This document shows, piece after piece, positions 24,783 to 25,549 of a stretch of DNA of 25,549 bases. The notes below the pieces were generated by a model. It made no database searches. It was not told where the DNA came from and was given only the letters and a program-made list of their open reading frames with translations. Every line of letters starts with the position of its first letter. Positions within the stretch are counted from its first letter, which is position 1. The translations under genes were made by a program, and so were the position numbers. The DNA comes from a virus (taxonomy: Duplodnaviria; Caudoviricetes), in the IMG/VR virus record IMGVR_UViG_3300021412_000007, positions 1 through 25,549 of that record, one strand, 5' to 3'.

Positions 24783-25549
24783 ATGCTGACCTTCCGACAG
24801 TCAACCGCCTCGCAGGAGATCCCGCTCGGCCCGTTCGTCGACGCGAACGACGGGTTCACGGAGGAGACGGCGCTCACCATCGCCAACACGGACATCAAGA
24901 TCTGGAAGACGGGAGCTACCAACCTCGTCGACAAGAACAGCGGCGGTGCGACGCACATGGCCAAGGGTGTATACTCGGCAGTGCTGGATGCCACGGACAC
25001 CAACACGATCGGCCCGATGGTCGTCACTGCCGGCCTCGCCGGTGCGCGACCGATCCGCGTCGAGTGCGAGGTGCTGTCGCCAGCCCTATTCGACTCGATG
25101 TTCGGCACCGTCGGCATCAAGGCCGACATCGCTGCGGTGAACACCTTCACCGATGCCGCAGCGAGGCTGTCGATGGCATCCCTAACGACGGTCACAGGTC
25201 TGATCATCGGCACCGGGAGCACGACCACTGCCGTCGTGGTAGACGCCCCATCCCCGGCGCCGACTGTTGTCGACCAGTGGAAAGGGCGATGGCTCGTCTT
25301 CGCGGCCGACACGCTGGGCAGGCCAGATCTCAGGGGCCAGGCGCGTCGCATCACCGCCAACACCGCCGGTGCGACACCGACGATCACCGTGGAGCCGGCG
25401 CTGACCATCGCTCCGACGACTGGCGATAGCTTCGCCATCATCGGACACGGAGGGCTGTTCTCTCTCGGTGCGAACGGCGGCATCAAGGCGGACCTCGTCG
25501 CGATCGCCAACATCGGCAACAGCCCGGAGATCCGGCTCGGCCAGTGGGC
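24783..25549 (+). CDS. Putative virion structural / fibre protein (3'-truncated by the window edge)
   Basis: AGGAG SD at 24771-24775 and ATG 24783; open to the end of the window (MLTFRQSTASQEIPLGPFVDANDGFTEETALTIANTDIKIWKTG...). Absent from the ORF track because it has no stop. Confidence 0.8.
   Translation, partial: MLTFRQSTASQEIPLGPFVDANDGFTEETALTIANTDIKIWKTGATNLVDKNSGGATHMAKGVYSAVLDATDTNTIGPMVVTAGLAGARPIRVECEVLSPALFDSMFGTVGIKADIAAVNTFTDAAARLSMASLTTVTGLIIGTGSTTTAVVVDAPSPAPTVVDQWKGRWLVFAADTLGRPDLRGQARRITANTAGATPTITVEPALTIAPTTGDSFAIIGHGGLFSLGANGGIKADLVAIANIGNSPEIRLGQW

Noticed and set aside
24440-25519. 359-aa minus-strand ORF (and all other minus-strand ORFs)
   Set aside because: Antisense mirror of + strand genes. 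The + strand frame from 24783 has an SD and protein-like sequence.
1-25549. tRNA, rRNA, CRISPR array, integrase/transposase, intron/intein, diversity-generating retroelement, alternative genetic code
   Set aside because: No supporting motifs seen by eye: no reverse transcriptase or template/variable repeat pair, and genes tile normally under code 11. tRNAscan and Infernal were not run.

Overview
The window is the virion-morphogenesis operon of a GC-rich tailed dsDNA phage or prophage (Caudoviricetes, siphovirus-type tail). All credible genes are on the + strand and most are coupled by ATGA/GTGA/TGATG stop-start overlaps. Order: terminase large subunit (C-terminal part), DUF4055-type portal, an accessory block of small ORFs around a MuF/SPP1-gp7 head morphogenesis gene and a free-standing R-S-E ADP-ribosyltransferase (ART), scaffold, structured intergenic RNA, P22-coat-type major capsid protein, head-tail adaptor fused to an SGNH-esterase-like region, head closure, HK97-gp10-like protein, tail terminator, tail tube, tail chaperones with a GGGAAAC -1 frameshift, short tape measure, a GTA-like tail tip (DUF2460, glycine-rich adhesin-like gene, DUF2163 hub, NlpC/P60, large baseplate/fibre), tail-fibre-like genes, small membrane proteins and a final gene that runs off the window. 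The most notable signal is a set of genes between portal and scaffold that share an N-terminal 'GNPxHDxKGxF' tag: a 51-aa peptide, an internally deleted second ART and the intact ART. This suggests a shufflable, tag-directed capsid cargo (effector) system acting with MuF. All family assignments come from motif recognition by eye; no database searches were run.
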